Shown in pieces: positions 50,570 through 59,863 of a stretch of 64,000 nt of DNA (positions within the stretch are counted from its first letter, which is position 1; each line of letters opens with the position of its first letter). This stretch comes from Deferribacterales bacterium (GTDB lineage: Bacteria; Chrysiogenota; Deferribacteres; Deferribacterales; Geovibrionaceae). The stretch spans positions 192,001-256,000 of the forward strand of contig JBFWJS010000001.1 of the NCBI GenBank assembly GCA_050253075.1, read 5' to 3'. A model generated the notes under the pieces. It was not told the DNA's origin. It did no database searches and saw only the letters and a list, made by a program, of their open reading frames with translations. The translations under genes and the position numbers were made by a program.

Positions 50570-50806
50570 TTATTCAGCAGCGGCTTCGATATGTTTGATA
50601 GCGTCGCCGACAGTTTTGATCTTCTCAGCTTCCTCATCAGGAATCTCAAGACCGAACTCCTCTTCGAAAGCCATGATAAGCTCTACTGTGTCGAGAGAGT
50701 CAGCATCGAGGTCATCGATGAATGAAGCTTCTGGAACAACTGCTTCTGCATCTACGTTGAGCTGCTCAACGATGATTTCTTTTACTTTAGCTGCGATATC
50801 TGCCAT
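50570..50806 (-). CDS. acpP: Acyl carrier protein
   Basis: [20 protein letters not shown]. Confidence 0.96.
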   Translation of the reverse strand: MADIAAKVKEIIVEQLNVDAEAVVPEASFIDDLDADSLDTVELIMAFEEEFGLEIPDEEAEKIKTVGDAIKHIEAAAE

Positions 50807-50898
50807 TTTAGGTCCTCCTAGATTTCTCGTTAGAGAGATATAATTATTTCAACTATTATGCAAGATTTAAATTACAAATTGATCAATTGATTAATTGA

Positions 50899-51645
50899 TC
50901 ACATATACATTCCGCCGTTAACATGTATAGTGTTACCAGTTACATAGTCGGATTCTGGGCTGGCCAGCCATACGACTGCATTAGCAACATCTTCAGCCTC
51001 GCCGAGTGTGCCGAGGGCGATTTTAGCGAGCATAGCCTCGATGACATTCTCAGGGAGAACATCTGTCATAGCCGTTTTTATGAAGCCCGGAGCCACTGCA
51101 TTCACACGAATGCCTCTGCCTGCGAGTTCCTGTGCTGATGTTTTAGTAAGACCGACAAGACCTGCTTTGGAAGCGGAATAGTTAGCCTGACCTGCGTTAC
51201 CGGAAAAGCCTACAACGGAAGCGATGTTAACTATCTTTCCGTATCTGGCTTTCATCATACCCTTAAGCACAGCCTTAGTACAGATAAATGCGCCTTTAAG
51301 GTTTACATCGAGCACTTTTTCCCACTGCTCCACTTTCATTCTCATGATAAGTGTGTCCTGTGTGATACCTGCGTTGTTCACGAGGATATCGACAGGCCCG
51401 AGAGTATCGCCGATCTCTTTTATCATTGCGTTCACGGAATCTTCGCTGGAAACGTCAGCCGCGAATGCCGCTGCCTCGCCGCCTGCTGCCTTTATCTCGG
51501 CAACAACAGCTTCTGCGTCTGCTTTTATATTTGCTATGTCGATGTAGTTAACAGCTACTTTCACGCCAAGAGCAGCCAGCTTCATTGCTATTACTTTACC
51601 GATACCGCTGGATGATCCTGTTACAAGAGCTACTTTACCTTTCAT
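50899..51645 (-). CDS. fabG: 3-oxoacyl-ACP reductase
   Basis: TGSSSGIG, NNAGIT, NYSASK. Confidence 0.95.
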   Translation of the reverse strand: MKGKVALVTGSSSGIGKVIAMKLAALGVKVAVNYIDIANIKADAEAVVAEIKAAGGEAAAFAADVSSEDSVNAMIKEIGDTLGPVDILVNNAGITQDTLIMRMKVEQWEKVLDVNLKGAFICTKAVLKGMMKARYGKIVNIASVVGFSGNAGQANYSASKAGLVGLTKTSAQELAGRGIRVNAVAPGFIKTAMTDVLPENVIEAMLAKIALGTLGEAEDVANAVVWLASPESDYVTGNTIHVNGGMYM

Positions 51646-51666
51646 TTCATTCTCCTTTTATCTTTT

Positions 51667-51796
51667 GCAAAAAAAGTTTCGTCGTGGACTTTTTTTGTAC
51701 GAGCTTCGTCTGAACATGTACAGACTGCGCTCCCGCTTTGCTGAAACCTGCGCAGTAAACTGCTGCGGTTCGCTCCGCGAGGTGCGTCCTGCACCT
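51667..51796. repeat. Modular hairpin repeat, family 2, copy 2
   Basis: AAAAAAGT..GACTTTTTT hairpin, GTCTGAACATGTACAGAC hairpin, then CTGCGCT...AAACC...GGTTCGCTCCGCGAGGTGCGTCCTGCACCT; 4 bp from the fabD stop. Confidence 0.75.
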
Positions 51797-51800
51797 TTAT

Positions 51801-52715
51801 TTATTTTTCTATATCAGCCACGGAACCGATGCTTTCGATTGTGACTGTCTTGTCTATTTTTTTGATGAGTCCGGCGAGAACTTTGCCCGCTCCGACCTCT
51901 ATAAATGTGTCTACTCCGTCTGCTATCATGTTTTCGATGAGCTCTGTCCATTTAACGGCACCGTCAACCTGACGGCAAAGCGCATCGTAAACCTCGTCTG
52001 CGGTCTTCTCTATTTTCGCATCCACGTTGTTAAAGATAGGTGTTGCGAGGTCTTTGATAGATGTTTCGTTTTTAAGGTAGCCCGCCATGTCTTCTCTGGC
52101 CGGCTTCATGAGAGAGCAATGGAATGGAGCACTGACAGGGAGGAGCATAGCACGCTTTGCGCCCTTCTCCTTTATCTTTGTGCAGAATTCCTCTACTGCT
52201 TCGGCGTGTCCCGCTACGACAACCTGCCCTGGGCAGTTAAAGTTTGCAGGTTCGCATACTTTATCACCGCTGACCTCTTTACAGGTGGAAACGATATCAG
52301 CATCGTCTGCCCCCATAACGGCAGCCATGGCACCCACGCCGACAGGCACTGCCGTCTGCATGAATTTGCCTCTGTTATGCACGGCTTTTACGCCCTCTTC
52401 GAAAGTGAGTCCGCCCGCAGCGACAACTGCGGAGTATTCACCGAGGGAATGCCCTGCGAAGTAGTCCGCCTTGACGGTATCTTTCAGCACTTCCCAGATG
52501 GCGACGCTCATTGTGAGCAGTGCAGGCTGTGTGTTTGAAGTGAGCTTGAGGTCTTCCTCAGGTCCTTCGAACATTATATTTGTGAGGCTGTAGCCGAGGC
52601 TTTCGTCAGCCTTGTCGAATATCTCTTTTACTTTGTCATACTTTTCATAAAGGTCTTTCCCCATCCCGACGAACTGTGAGCCCTGTCCGGGGAATACAAC
52701 TGCTGTCTTGCCCAT
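51801..52715 (-). CDS. fabD: Malonyl-CoA:ACP transacylase
   Basis: FPGQGSQ, GHSLGEY, VSAPFH. Confidence 0.96.
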   Translation of the reverse strand: MGKTAVVFPGQGSQFVGMGKDLYEKYDKVKEIFDKADESLGYSLTNIMFEGPEEDLKLTSNTQPALLTMSVAIWEVLKDTVKADYFAGHSLGEYSAVVAAGGLTFEEGVKAVHNRGKFMQTAVPVGVGAMAAVMGADDADIVSTCKEVSGDKVCEPANFNCPGQVVVAGHAEAVEEFCTKIKEKGAKRAMLLPVSAPFHCSLMKPAREDMAGYLKNETSIKDLATPIFNNVDAKIEKTADEVYDALCRQVDGAVKWTELIENMIADGVDTFIEVGAGKVLAGLIKKIDKTVTIESIGSVADIEK

Positions 52716-52741
52716 TTATGTATCTCCAAAATATCTTTTAA

Positions 52742-52811
52742 GTCAGTGTGCGAATCTGTGCTTTCCTGCAATTCAGAATCTGAGGGTTGCTTCATATTCG
52801 TTCGCAATGAC
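52742..52811. repeat. Degenerate GTCA REP-like dimer between fabH and fabD
   Basis: GAGGGTTGCTTCATATTCGTTCGCAATGAC (52782-52811) resembles a reversed unit; a weak partner starts GTCAGTG at 52742. Confidence 0.4.
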
Positions 52812-52868
52812 CTTATTTACAGTTATCAACAAACCTCACGAAGAGGTTTGCGAAGGATTTTGCCCTGA

Positions 52869-53849
52869 TTAGAATGTAAAGGCCATCGATCCCCATGTAA
52901 GCCCGCCGCCGAAAGCAGCAGAGACAACATTGTCGCCTCTTTTGATCTTGCCCTCTCTGACGTATTCGTCCAGAGCAGTAGGGATAGTGGCTGCGGATGT
53001 GTTTGCATACTTCTGTATGTTTATCACAACCTGCTCCATAGGAACACCTAGCCTCTTAGCCACTGCGTCGATGATACGCAGGTTAGCCTGATGAGGGATG
53101 ACCCAGTCGATGTCCTCCGCTGAGAAGCCTGCGCTGTCGGCTGCCTCTTTAGCGGCATCAGCCATGGCACGCACGGCTATTTTGAATATATCGTTACCCT
53201 TCATATGGATCATATTATCTTCAATTGGTTCGTTTGTGAGTTCTCTTAAGAATTTAGTCCCGATATTGTCCTGCTTGAGGAGCTCTCCGTACTGACCGTC
53301 GGAGTAGGTGTGTATGCTTCTAATGCCCGGCTCGCTGTCTGCAGAGAGAACAACAGCCCCTGCACCGTCTCCGAAGAGTATACATGTGCCTCTGTCCCGC
53401 CAGTCGATACATGCGGTGAGGTTTTCAGCGCCCAGCACCAGTATCTTTTTGGCTCCGCCTGATTTGATCAGACCGTTAGCCATGTTGCATGCGTAAAGGA
53501 ATCCTGAGCATGCGGCAGACATGTCGAAGGCGAAGCAGTTGCCTGCGCCTATTTTATGCTGTATGCGGCACCCTGTGGAAGGCATAGTAGTGTCGGGAGT
53601 GAAAGTGGCAGTGATTATGCCGTCGAGCTCTGTGGCTTTGATACCCGCCATATCAAGAGCACGCTTTGCAGCCTCTGCTCCCATATCGCTGGTGTATTGA
53701 CCCTCGGCAGCGACACGGCGTTCGCTCATGCCCGTACGGGTTCTTATCCATTCATCATTCGTATCGATGAATTTTTCGAAATCTTTGTTTGTCATGACTT
53801 TTTCAGGAAAGTACGAACCAGTCCCAATCATTCTGGAATATATACTCAT
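52869..53849 (-). CDS. fabH: Beta-ketoacyl-ACP synthase III
   Basis: AACSGF, FGDGAGA, PHQAN, NTSAA. Confidence 0.96.
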   Translation of the reverse strand: MSIYSRMIGTGSYFPEKVMTNKDFEKFIDTNDEWIRTRTGMSERRVAAEGQYTSDMGAEAAKRALDMAGIKATELDGIITATFTPDTTMPSTGCRIQHKIGAGNCFAFDMSAACSGFLYACNMANGLIKSGGAKKILVLGAENLTACIDWRDRGTCILFGDGAGAVVLSADSEPGIRSIHTYSDGQYGELLKQDNIGTKFLRELTNEPIEDNMIHMKGNDIFKIAVRAMADAAKEAADSAGFSAEDIDWVIPHQANLRIIDAVAKRLGVPMEQVVINIQKYANTSAATIPTALDEYVREGKIKRGDNVVSAAFGGGLTWGSMAFTF

Positions 53850-53888
53850 GGAAATCACCTGTTCGGAGTTTTGCGTATGTGAAAAAAA

Positions 53889-54968
53889 TTAAATAGTTTT
53901 TTTCTTAAATTTTTCGAGGATATTGTTCCAGAAAGAGTCTTCTTTGTCAACGTTTAATACCTTCACAGACTCGCTCATACTCTCTTCGATCATATCGTTG
54001 AGTTTCTTTTCTGCAAGGTCATGAGCCATCTTGATACTGTATTTAACAGCGACGTCATTTGTGCTGCCGTGTCCGATTATGCAGACACCGTCGACACCTA
54101 GAAGTGGAGCACCGCCGTATTCCGAATGATCGGCGGCTTTTTTGATGCGTTTGAGAGCGGGTAAAAGGAGCATCGCTCCCACTCTTGAAAGAATGGATGA
54201 TTTCAGCTCTCTTTTCAGCAGCTGAGAAACATACCATCCGGCAGATTCAGAAACCTTCAGGGCAACATTGCCCGAGAATCCGTCCACTACGATAACGTCG
54301 GACGTGCCTTTGAAAACATCTTTCCCCTCCACGTTTCCGTGGAAGTTAATTACATTTTCATTGCCAAGTTCCTGAAGAAATTTAAAGACAGACTTTGTAA
54401 TGTCGTTACCCTTCACATCCTCTTCACCGACAGACATAAGCCCGACGGAGGGGGATTTTTTATCCATAACGAGAGAGGCATATGCGCTCGCCATGATGGC
54501 AAACTGGACATAGTTCTCTATCTTACAGTCGACATTCGCACCGACATCGCACATGACCGTTGCGCCCTTTATAGTAGGCATAACGGCAGCAATGGCGGGA
54601 CGGTCTATCCCCGGAAGTGTCTTCAGGATCATCTTAGCACATGCCATAACGGCACCGGTATTCCCGGCACTATAAAATGCATCGCCATCGCCCTGTTTAA
54701 CAAGGCGCAGACCCTGATGTATAGAAGAATTACGTTTCGTACGAAGGATTTGAGACGGACTATCATCCATCTCAACTTTCTGCTCGGCATGAACGACCTC
54801 AATCTTATTGAGGCTGCTCCCGCCGCAGGATTCAAGCTCTCGCCTGACCTCCTGCTCGTCGCCAACCAATATGACATCAATGCCGTACTGCTTTACGGCA
54901 GCGACAGCACCCTTAACGATCTCACGGGGTGCATGATCACCCCCCATTGCGTCAACGACAACCTTCAT
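53889..54968 (-). CDS. plsX: Phosphate acyltransferase PlsX
   Basis: VDAMGGDHAP, SAGNTGA, GNVEG, GHG. Confidence 0.96.
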   Translation of the reverse strand: MKVVVDAMGGDHAPREIVKGAVAAVKQYGIDVILVGDEQEVRRELESCGGSSLNKIEVVHAEQKVEMDDSPSQILRTKRNSSIHQGLRLVKQGDGDAFYSAGNTGAVMACAKMILKTLPGIDRPAIAAVMPTIKGATVMCDVGANVDCKIENYVQFAIMASAYASLVMDKKSPSVGLMSVGEEDVKGNDITKSVFKFLQELGNENVINFHGNVEGKDVFKGTSDVIVVDGFSGNVALKVSESAGWYVSQLLKRELKSSILSRVGAMLLLPALKRIKKAADHSEYGGAPLLGVDGVCIIGHGSTNDVAVKYSIKMAHDLAEKKLNDMIEESMSESVKVLNVDKEDSFWNNILEKFKKKTI

Positions 54969-54971
54969 ATC

Positions 54972-55154
54972 TTAAAGCTCGTCAGTAACGATGACCTGCT
55001 TTTTGTTGTAGTAACCACACTCAGGACATACTCTGTGGTTAAGCTTAAGCTCGCCGCAGTTAGAACATTTGCTGTATGCCATTGTAGTTGCATGGTGGTG
55101 GCTTCTTCTCATGCCTTTCTTGTGTCTTGATGTTTTATTCTTTGGTACACCCAT
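54972..55154 (-). CDS. rpmF: 50S ribosomal protein L32
   Basis: VPK.KTS...MRRSH, CSNCG...HRVCPECGYY. Confidence 0.96.
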   Translation of the reverse strand: MGVPKNKTSRHKKGMRRSHHHATTMAYSKCSNCGELKLNHRVCPECGYYNKKQVIVTDEL

Positions 55155-55259
55155 TGCACAAACTCCTTATTAGTTTGCTCGAAAATCCGTTTGCGGAAAT
55201 TCCGATCTATATTTTTAATATTCTTTAATGCCGCCCATCTGATCTACTGTCAAAAAAGT

Positions 55260-55334
55260 CTGCGCTTTCACTCTGCTAAAACCTCCGCCGGCAAAGCCCG
55301 CTTCGGTTCGCTCCGTGAGGTGCATCCTGCACCT
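55260..55334. repeat. Modular hairpin repeat, family 2, copy 3
   Basis: CTGCGCTTTCACTCTGCTAAAACC...GGTTCGCTCCGTGAGGTGCATCCTGCACCT aligns with 51725-51796; abuts the yceD stop. Confidence 0.75.
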
Positions 55335-55826
55335 TTACTTTTTCAGACCTTTCAATCCTGACCATCTAGGGTCGACAATATCGTCACATTTGCATTTGCC
55401 TGTATTGAGGTTTGCACCACACTGCTGGCAAAGACCTTTGCAGTCCTCTCCGCATACCATTCTTACCGGAAGGTGATAAACAACTTCCTGTCTTACGATA
55501 TCTTCAAGGTCTATTTCGTCGTCTTCGATATAGATTATACCCATATCGTCGTCGCCTAGCTCTGCTTCATCCTTCATTTCTTTGGGCTGATGCATAAGCT
55601 GTATCCCCGAACGCTCAGAGCCGAAGCCCTCAGTCTCTTCGAGACATTTATCACAAGGTGCCTTATAGCTGTACTCGAATCTGATGTCCGCATACAGTCC
55701 GGCATCGGTCGGCACGAAGTCCGCCTGATAGCTTTCCACCTCGATCTTAAAATCGCCGTCCTCAAAGCTGCAGGAACCTTCAAACGATTCAGGCTCGATA
55801 GCCAATTCTTTAAATGAGAGTTTCAC
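55335..55826 (-). CDS. YceD/DUF177 protein (probable GTG start 55826)
   Basis: CDKCL, CKGLCQQCG.NLN, DPRW; upstream of rpmF. Confidence 0.9.
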   Translation of the reverse strand: MKLSFKELAIEPESFEGSCSFEDGDFKIEVESYQADFVPTDAGLYADIRFEYSYKAPCDKCLEETEGFGSERSGIQLMHQPKEMKDEAELGDDDMGIIYIEDDEIDLEDIVRQEVVYHLPVRMVCGEDCKGLCQQCGANLNTGKCKCDDIVDPRWSGLKGLKK

Positions 55827-55859
55827 GCACTTCTCCCTATTAGACGCCAAAGAGCAACA

Positions 55860-55888
55860 ATCTTAATTAGAACCTGTAAGATTGTCAA
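55860..55888 (-). promoter_or_regulatory. Sigma70 promoter of yceD-rpmF-plsX-fab
   Basis: TTGACA-17 nt-TAAGAT. Confidence 0.7.
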
Positions 55889-55903
55889 TATAAATATGTC
55901 AGA

Positions 55904-56206
55904 TTATTTTCTGATGCCTGATTTGCCGAAACGGTCCTCAAGCACGCCGAGAACATCCTCGAATGCAACCCCTCTGAACTCTAGGGCTACTATCAGATGA
56001 TAAAGGAAGTCTGCTGTTTCCGCAGCTACATCTTTATCCTCTTCTGTCAGGATGGCTTTTATGAGCTCGGCATTCTCTTCGCCCAGCTTTTTGATAATTT
56101 TGTTTGCCCCGCCGTTTAAAAGCTGGCATGTGTATGAATTATCCGAAGGGTTCGCCTTGCGCTCCCTTACAACCTCTACAAGTTTCTCTATTATCTCTGT
56201 ATTCAT
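55904..56206 (-). CDS. hisE: Phosphoribosyl-ATP diphosphatase
   Basis: SYT..L, KKLGEE, E.AD.LYH. Confidence 0.93.
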   Translation of the reverse strand: MNTEIIEKLVEVVRERKANPSDNSYTCQLLNGGANKIIKKLGEENAELIKAILTEEDKDVAAETADFLYHLIVALEFRGVAFEDVLGVLEDRFGKSGIRK

Positions 56207-56221
56207 CTTTATCCTCTAACA

Positions 56222-56655
56222 GCAGATTCTTCGGTCGTAACTCCCTCAGAATGACAAATAGGTCATCCTGAGCATAGCGAAGGATCTGTCATAATATCTC
56301 GTCGTATAAATCCTTTAGCTCAGGATTCTTTGTCTTTATCAAATCTTCTTTTCTTTTGCGTGTCCAGCCTTTTATCTGCTTTTCACGTTTTATTGCTTCT
56401 TCAATATCGTCTAAAACTTCATAATAGAGCAATATCTTACAGTTATATCTTTTCGTAAAGCCGTCTACGAGCTTTTCTTTGTGTTCCCAAATGCGTTTAA
56501 CAATATTCGATGTAACACCGACATACAGGACAGTTTTATTCCAGTTTGTCAGTATATACACATAACCTTGTTTATCCATTTACAAGCGCAGATTCTTCGG
56601 TCGTAACTCCCTCAGAATGACAAACTGGTCATCCTGAGCATAGCGAAGGATCTGT
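56222..56655. mobile_element. Putative REP-flanked GIY-YIG cassette
   Basis: 68-bp direct repeats at 56222-56289 and 56588-56655 (66/68 identical), each made of two back-to-back GTCA palindromes, enclosing one nuclease ORF between hisF and hisE. Confidence 0.65.
56289..56579 (-). CDS. Small stand-alone GIY-YIG nuclease family protein (UPF0213-like)
   Basis: YVYIL...LYVGVT...R..EH...FT.RY...YYE...AI.REKQIK.W.R...NP..DL. Confidence 0.92.
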   Translation of the reverse strand: MDKQGYVYILTNWNKTVLYVGVTSNIVKRIWEHKEKLVDGFTKRYNCKILLYYEVLDDIEEAIKREKQIKGWTRKRKEDLIKTKNPELKDLYDEIL

Positions 56656-56670
56656 TCTCCTCTTTAGTAT

Positions 56671-57432
56671 CTATATCCTGACGGGGACGTTTCTCTCTTT
56701 GAGGTATTCTTTTACCTCGCCGATGGTGTATTCCCTGAAGTGGAAGATGCTAGCAGCAAGTGCAGCGTCCGCCTTTCCTTTTGTCAGCCCGTCGTATATA
56801 TGCTCGGGGCTGCCCACACCGCCGGATGCGATGACAGGTATCATCAGCGCCTCCGATACGGCAGCGTTCAGCCCGTTGTCGTAGCCGTCCTTTGTGCCGT
56901 CGCAGTCCATACTGGTGAGCAGTATCTCCCCTGCGCCGAACTCCTCCATTTTAAGAGCCCATTCGATGGCGTCTATCCCTGTGGCATTACGTCCGCCGTG
57001 GGTATAAACTTCCCAGCCGGAGCCGTCTGCCTTACGCTTTGCGTCGATGGCAACGACAGTGCACTGTGAGCCGAATCTGAGAGCAGACTCTTTCACAAAG
57101 TCAGGGTTATGCACGGCAGCAGTGTTTATAGACACCTTATCAGCGCCCGAGTTCAGCAGGTTTCTTATGTCTGCTATCTCTCTGACCCCTCCGCCCACAG
57201 TCACAGGCATGAATACACGCTCGGCTGTCTTCGCCACAACGTCGAGTATGATGCCCCTGTTGTCTGAGCTGGCTGTGATATCCAGAAACGTAAGCTCGTC
57301 CGCACCCTGTGCGTCGTAAATCTCTGCTACCTCCACAGGGTCTCCTGCGTCTCTGAGGTTTACAAAGTTTGTGCCTTTTACAACCCTGCCGTCTTTAACG
57401 TCCAGACAGGGGATTATCCTTTTAGCAAGCAT
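56671..57432 (-). CDS. hisF: Imidazole glycerol phosphate synthase cyclase subunit
   Basis: [29 protein letters not shown]. Confidence 0.97.
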   Translation of the reverse strand: MLAKRIIPCLDVKDGRVVKGTNFVNLRDAGDPVEVAEIYDAQGADELTFLDITASSDNRGIILDVVAKTAERVFMPVTVGGGVREIADIRNLLNSGADKVSINTAAVHNPDFVKESALRFGSQCTVVAIDAKRKADGSGWEVYTHGGRNATGIDAIEWALKMEEFGAGEILLTSMDCDGTKDGYDNGLNAAVSEALMIPVIASGGVGSPEHIYDGLTKGKADAALAASIFHFREYTIGEVKEYLKERNVPVRI

Positions 57433-57567
57433 ATATTCTTCCTGATAGATTGATATAAACTTTATGGACTAAATCTGATGATAAATCAAATAATTTATAT
57501 AAGAATAAAATGGCAGATCGATTCATCTCCTCGTAATGGCACATAGTTACTGCAACAACATCAGATG

Positions 57568-57598
57568 AAAAAAGGGGCTGCCTTTTCAGACAGCCCCT
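57568..57598 (-). terminator. Intrinsic terminator downstream of the small Cys-rich ORF and ppk1
   Basis: Minus strand AGGGGCTGTC-TGAAAA-GGCAGCCCC-TTTTTT. Confidence 0.8.
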
Positions 57599-57660
57599 AT
57601 TAGTTACTATTGTGGAGGTATAAAGTATCTTGTTACTCTTTTGCTTCGAACCGGGGAAAC

Positions 57661-57771
57661 CTACTTAACCGGTCTGCAAAGATCATCTTTCTTATTTGCG
57701 GAAGCTCCGCATTTGCTACATGTATATCTTTTCTCTTTTTTTGCCGGCTTGTCGCCACATTTATTAGCCAT
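57661..57771 (-). CDS. 36-aa basic Cys4 small protein (absent from ORF track)
   Basis: MANKCGDKPAKKEKRYTCSKCGASANKKDDLCRPVK*; GAGGTG RBS 5 nt before ATG; promoter upstream and terminator downstream. Confidence 0.72.
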   Translation of the reverse strand: MANKCGDKPAKKEKRYTCSKCGASANKKDDLCRPVK

Positions 57772-57811
57772 TGGAGCACCTCTCATATTTTATTAAGACT
57801 AACTAAGTCTC

Positions 57812-57839
57812 AATATAGACTAATGAGAGTGATTGTCAA
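57812..57839 (-). promoter_or_regulatory. Sigma70-like promoter for the small ORF
   Basis: TTGACA-16 nt-TATATT immediately after the ppk1 stop. Confidence 0.6.
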
Positions 57840-57841
57840 CA

Positions 57842-59842
57842 TCAAATATTGTGAATTCTGTGTTCCTGATGATTAAATTTATTCTTACTGGCCTTAACCT
57901 TCTTATATTCCTCGCCTTTTTGAACCCATGCCTTCTGATTATCTTTCAGATTCTCATCCAGAATCTCTTTCAGAAAGTCCTTGCCGTGCTTTTCCTTAAC
58001 TTCAAAAAGCAGCTCAACACGGCGGTCCATATTTCTCTCCATCCAGTCAGCGGTGGAGAAGAATATGCGCTCCTCTCCTCCTGCATGGAAATATATTATG
58101 CGCGGATGCTCGAGGAAACGTCCGACGATACTGCGGACGGTCACGTTCTCCGTAAGCCCTTTTATGCCCGGCTGTATGGCACATATGCCCCGCACGATGA
58201 AGTCTATCTTCACCCCTGCGCCCGATGCCTCTATCACTTTTTCGATGAGGAGTCTCTCCATCACAGAGTTTACCTTCACCACGATATGCGCCTTCTTTCC
58301 GCTCTTTGCGTGGGCGATCTCTTCGTCCATGAGCTCGAGCAGTTTCGATTTTATAGACTTCGGAGCGAGATAAAAGTGCTGCCAGTTGGCTATGTCGGTG
58401 TATCCCATGAGGAAGTTAAACAGTGCGGCAGAGTCACGCCCCACTTCTTCGTCGGCAGTGACATAGTCCACGTCGGTGTATATGCCTGCGGTCATCTCGT
58501 TGAAATTACCCGTGGACATGTGGGAGTAGCGGACTATCCTGCCCGATTCCTTACGGACTATCAGCAGATTCTTCGAGTGTACTTTGAGCCCGACAATGCC
58601 GTAGGTAACGATGCAGCCTGCCTCTTCGAGCATGTTTGCCCAGTCCACGTTCCGCTCTTCGTCAAATCTGGCTTTCAGCTCGATAACAACGCTGACGTGC
58701 TTGCCGTTTCTGGCTGCTTTCATCAGGTTTTCCATGATGGTGCTGTTCTTATTCGCACGGTAGATCGTCATCTTTATGGCGACGACACCCGAATCCGTGC
58801 TCGCTTTTTCCACCAGCTTGGATATGAAGGAAAAGTTGTTGTAAGGACGATACATTATGACGTCCTTCTTCTTTATGTATTCGAATATATCGGCTTTTTC
58901 GTCAAAGCCTTCTGGGTATTTATTTTTAAATGGTTTATAGCAGAGTTCGGGTTTTTCCGCCGTGAGGGAAAAGAGTGACGTCATATCTATCACGTCGTCG
59001 ATGACATAAACGTCATCCTTTTCAAAATGCATGAGCTCAGCGAGCTTATCAAGGATATCCGCAGGCAGACGTCCGTCAACCTCCAGACGGCAGATACCGC
59101 CCTTTCTCCTTGTTTTCAGATATTTTTTAATAGACATCAGCAGGTCTTCAGCACCCTCTTCGTCAAGTGACAGATCAGCATTCCGCGTCACCCTGAGGCA
59201 ATAACTGTCCACTATCTCATAATCGGGAAAAACGAGGTGCAGATACATCTTCAGCACATCCTCTGCAAAGATGTAGTATGTCTTATCCAGATGTACACGG
59301 AATATCCTCTGCATGCTCTCGGGCAGAATTATTATGGAGTGGTATGTCTCTCCGTTCTTCTTCAGCACCGCATAAACAGACAGACGGAAATTGTAAATGA
59401 AGGGCATAGGATTCGCAGATGAAAGTGTAACCGGGGATATCGCAGGATATATCTCTTCGTTGAAGATAGCCTCTGTGATCTCCTCCAGCTCAGGGTTCGG
59501 CTCAGGTGATATCACGAGCCCTTCTTTATCCAGGTCAGCCTTCACCTTCATGAATATCTCCTGACGGAGCTGTGTCAGTTCGTGTGCCTTTTTGCTGATC
59601 TTTACGAGCTGTTCTTCGGGGGTCATCCCTGCCATATCGACCCTTTTATATCCCGCTTCGAACTGATCCTTCAGACCGCCCACACGTATCATGAAGAACT
59701 CATCGAGATTTGATGAGAATATCGCCAGAAATTTCAGCTTTTCCAGAAGCGGCACATCGGGATCCACCGCTTCCATCAACACTCTGCGGTTAAATTCGAG
59801 CCAGCTTAATTCTCTGTTTATAAATGGGGTCTGTTCACTCAT
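57842..59842 (-). CDS. ppk1: Polyphosphate kinase 1
   Basis: NRELSWLEFNRRV, SSNLDEFFMIRV, ELKARFDE, KVHSK, GRFLEH, ADWM.RN.RRVE. Confidence 0.96.
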   Translation of the reverse strand: MSEQTPFINRELSWLEFNRRVLMEAVDPDVPLLEKLKFLAIFSSNLDEFFMIRVGGLKDQFEAGYKRVDMAGMTPEEQLVKISKKAHELTQLRQEIFMKVKADLDKEGLVISPEPNPELEEITEAIFNEEIYPAISPVTLSSANPMPFIYNFRLSVYAVLKKNGETYHSIIILPESMQRIFRVHLDKTYYIFAEDVLKMYLHLVFPDYEIVDSYCLRVTRNADLSLDEEGAEDLLMSIKKYLKTRRKGGICRLEVDGRLPADILDKLAELMHFEKDDVYVIDDVIDMTSLFSLTAEKPELCYKPFKNKYPEGFDEKADIFEYIKKKDVIMYRPYNNFSFISKLVEKASTDSGVVAIKMTIYRANKNSTIMENLMKAARNGKHVSVVIELKARFDEERNVDWANMLEEAGCIVTYGIVGLKVHSKNLLIVRKESGRIVRYSHMSTGNFNEMTAGIYTDVDYVTADEEVGRDSAALFNFLMGYTDIANWQHFYLAPKSIKSKLLELMDEEIAHAKSGKKAHIVVKVNSVMERLLIEKVIEASGAGVKIDFIVRGICAIQPGIKGLTENVTVRSIVGRFLEHPRIIYFHAGGEERIFFSTADWMERNMDRRVELLFEVKEKHGKDFLKEILDENLKDNQKAWVQKGEEYKKVKASKNKFNHQEHRIHNI

Positions 59843-59863
59843 ATCTTTACCTGTAAATAATTA

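Noticed and set aside
56222..56655. Two repeats around a nuclease as a mini-CRISPR or IS
   Set aside because: Only two 68-bp repeats about 300 bp apart, no cas gene, no transposase, and no target-site duplication identified.
57610..58978. Plus-strand ORFs 57610-57876 and 57833-58978
   Set aside because: Antisense to ppk1 and the Cys4 small ORF, with no RBS or recognisable motifs.
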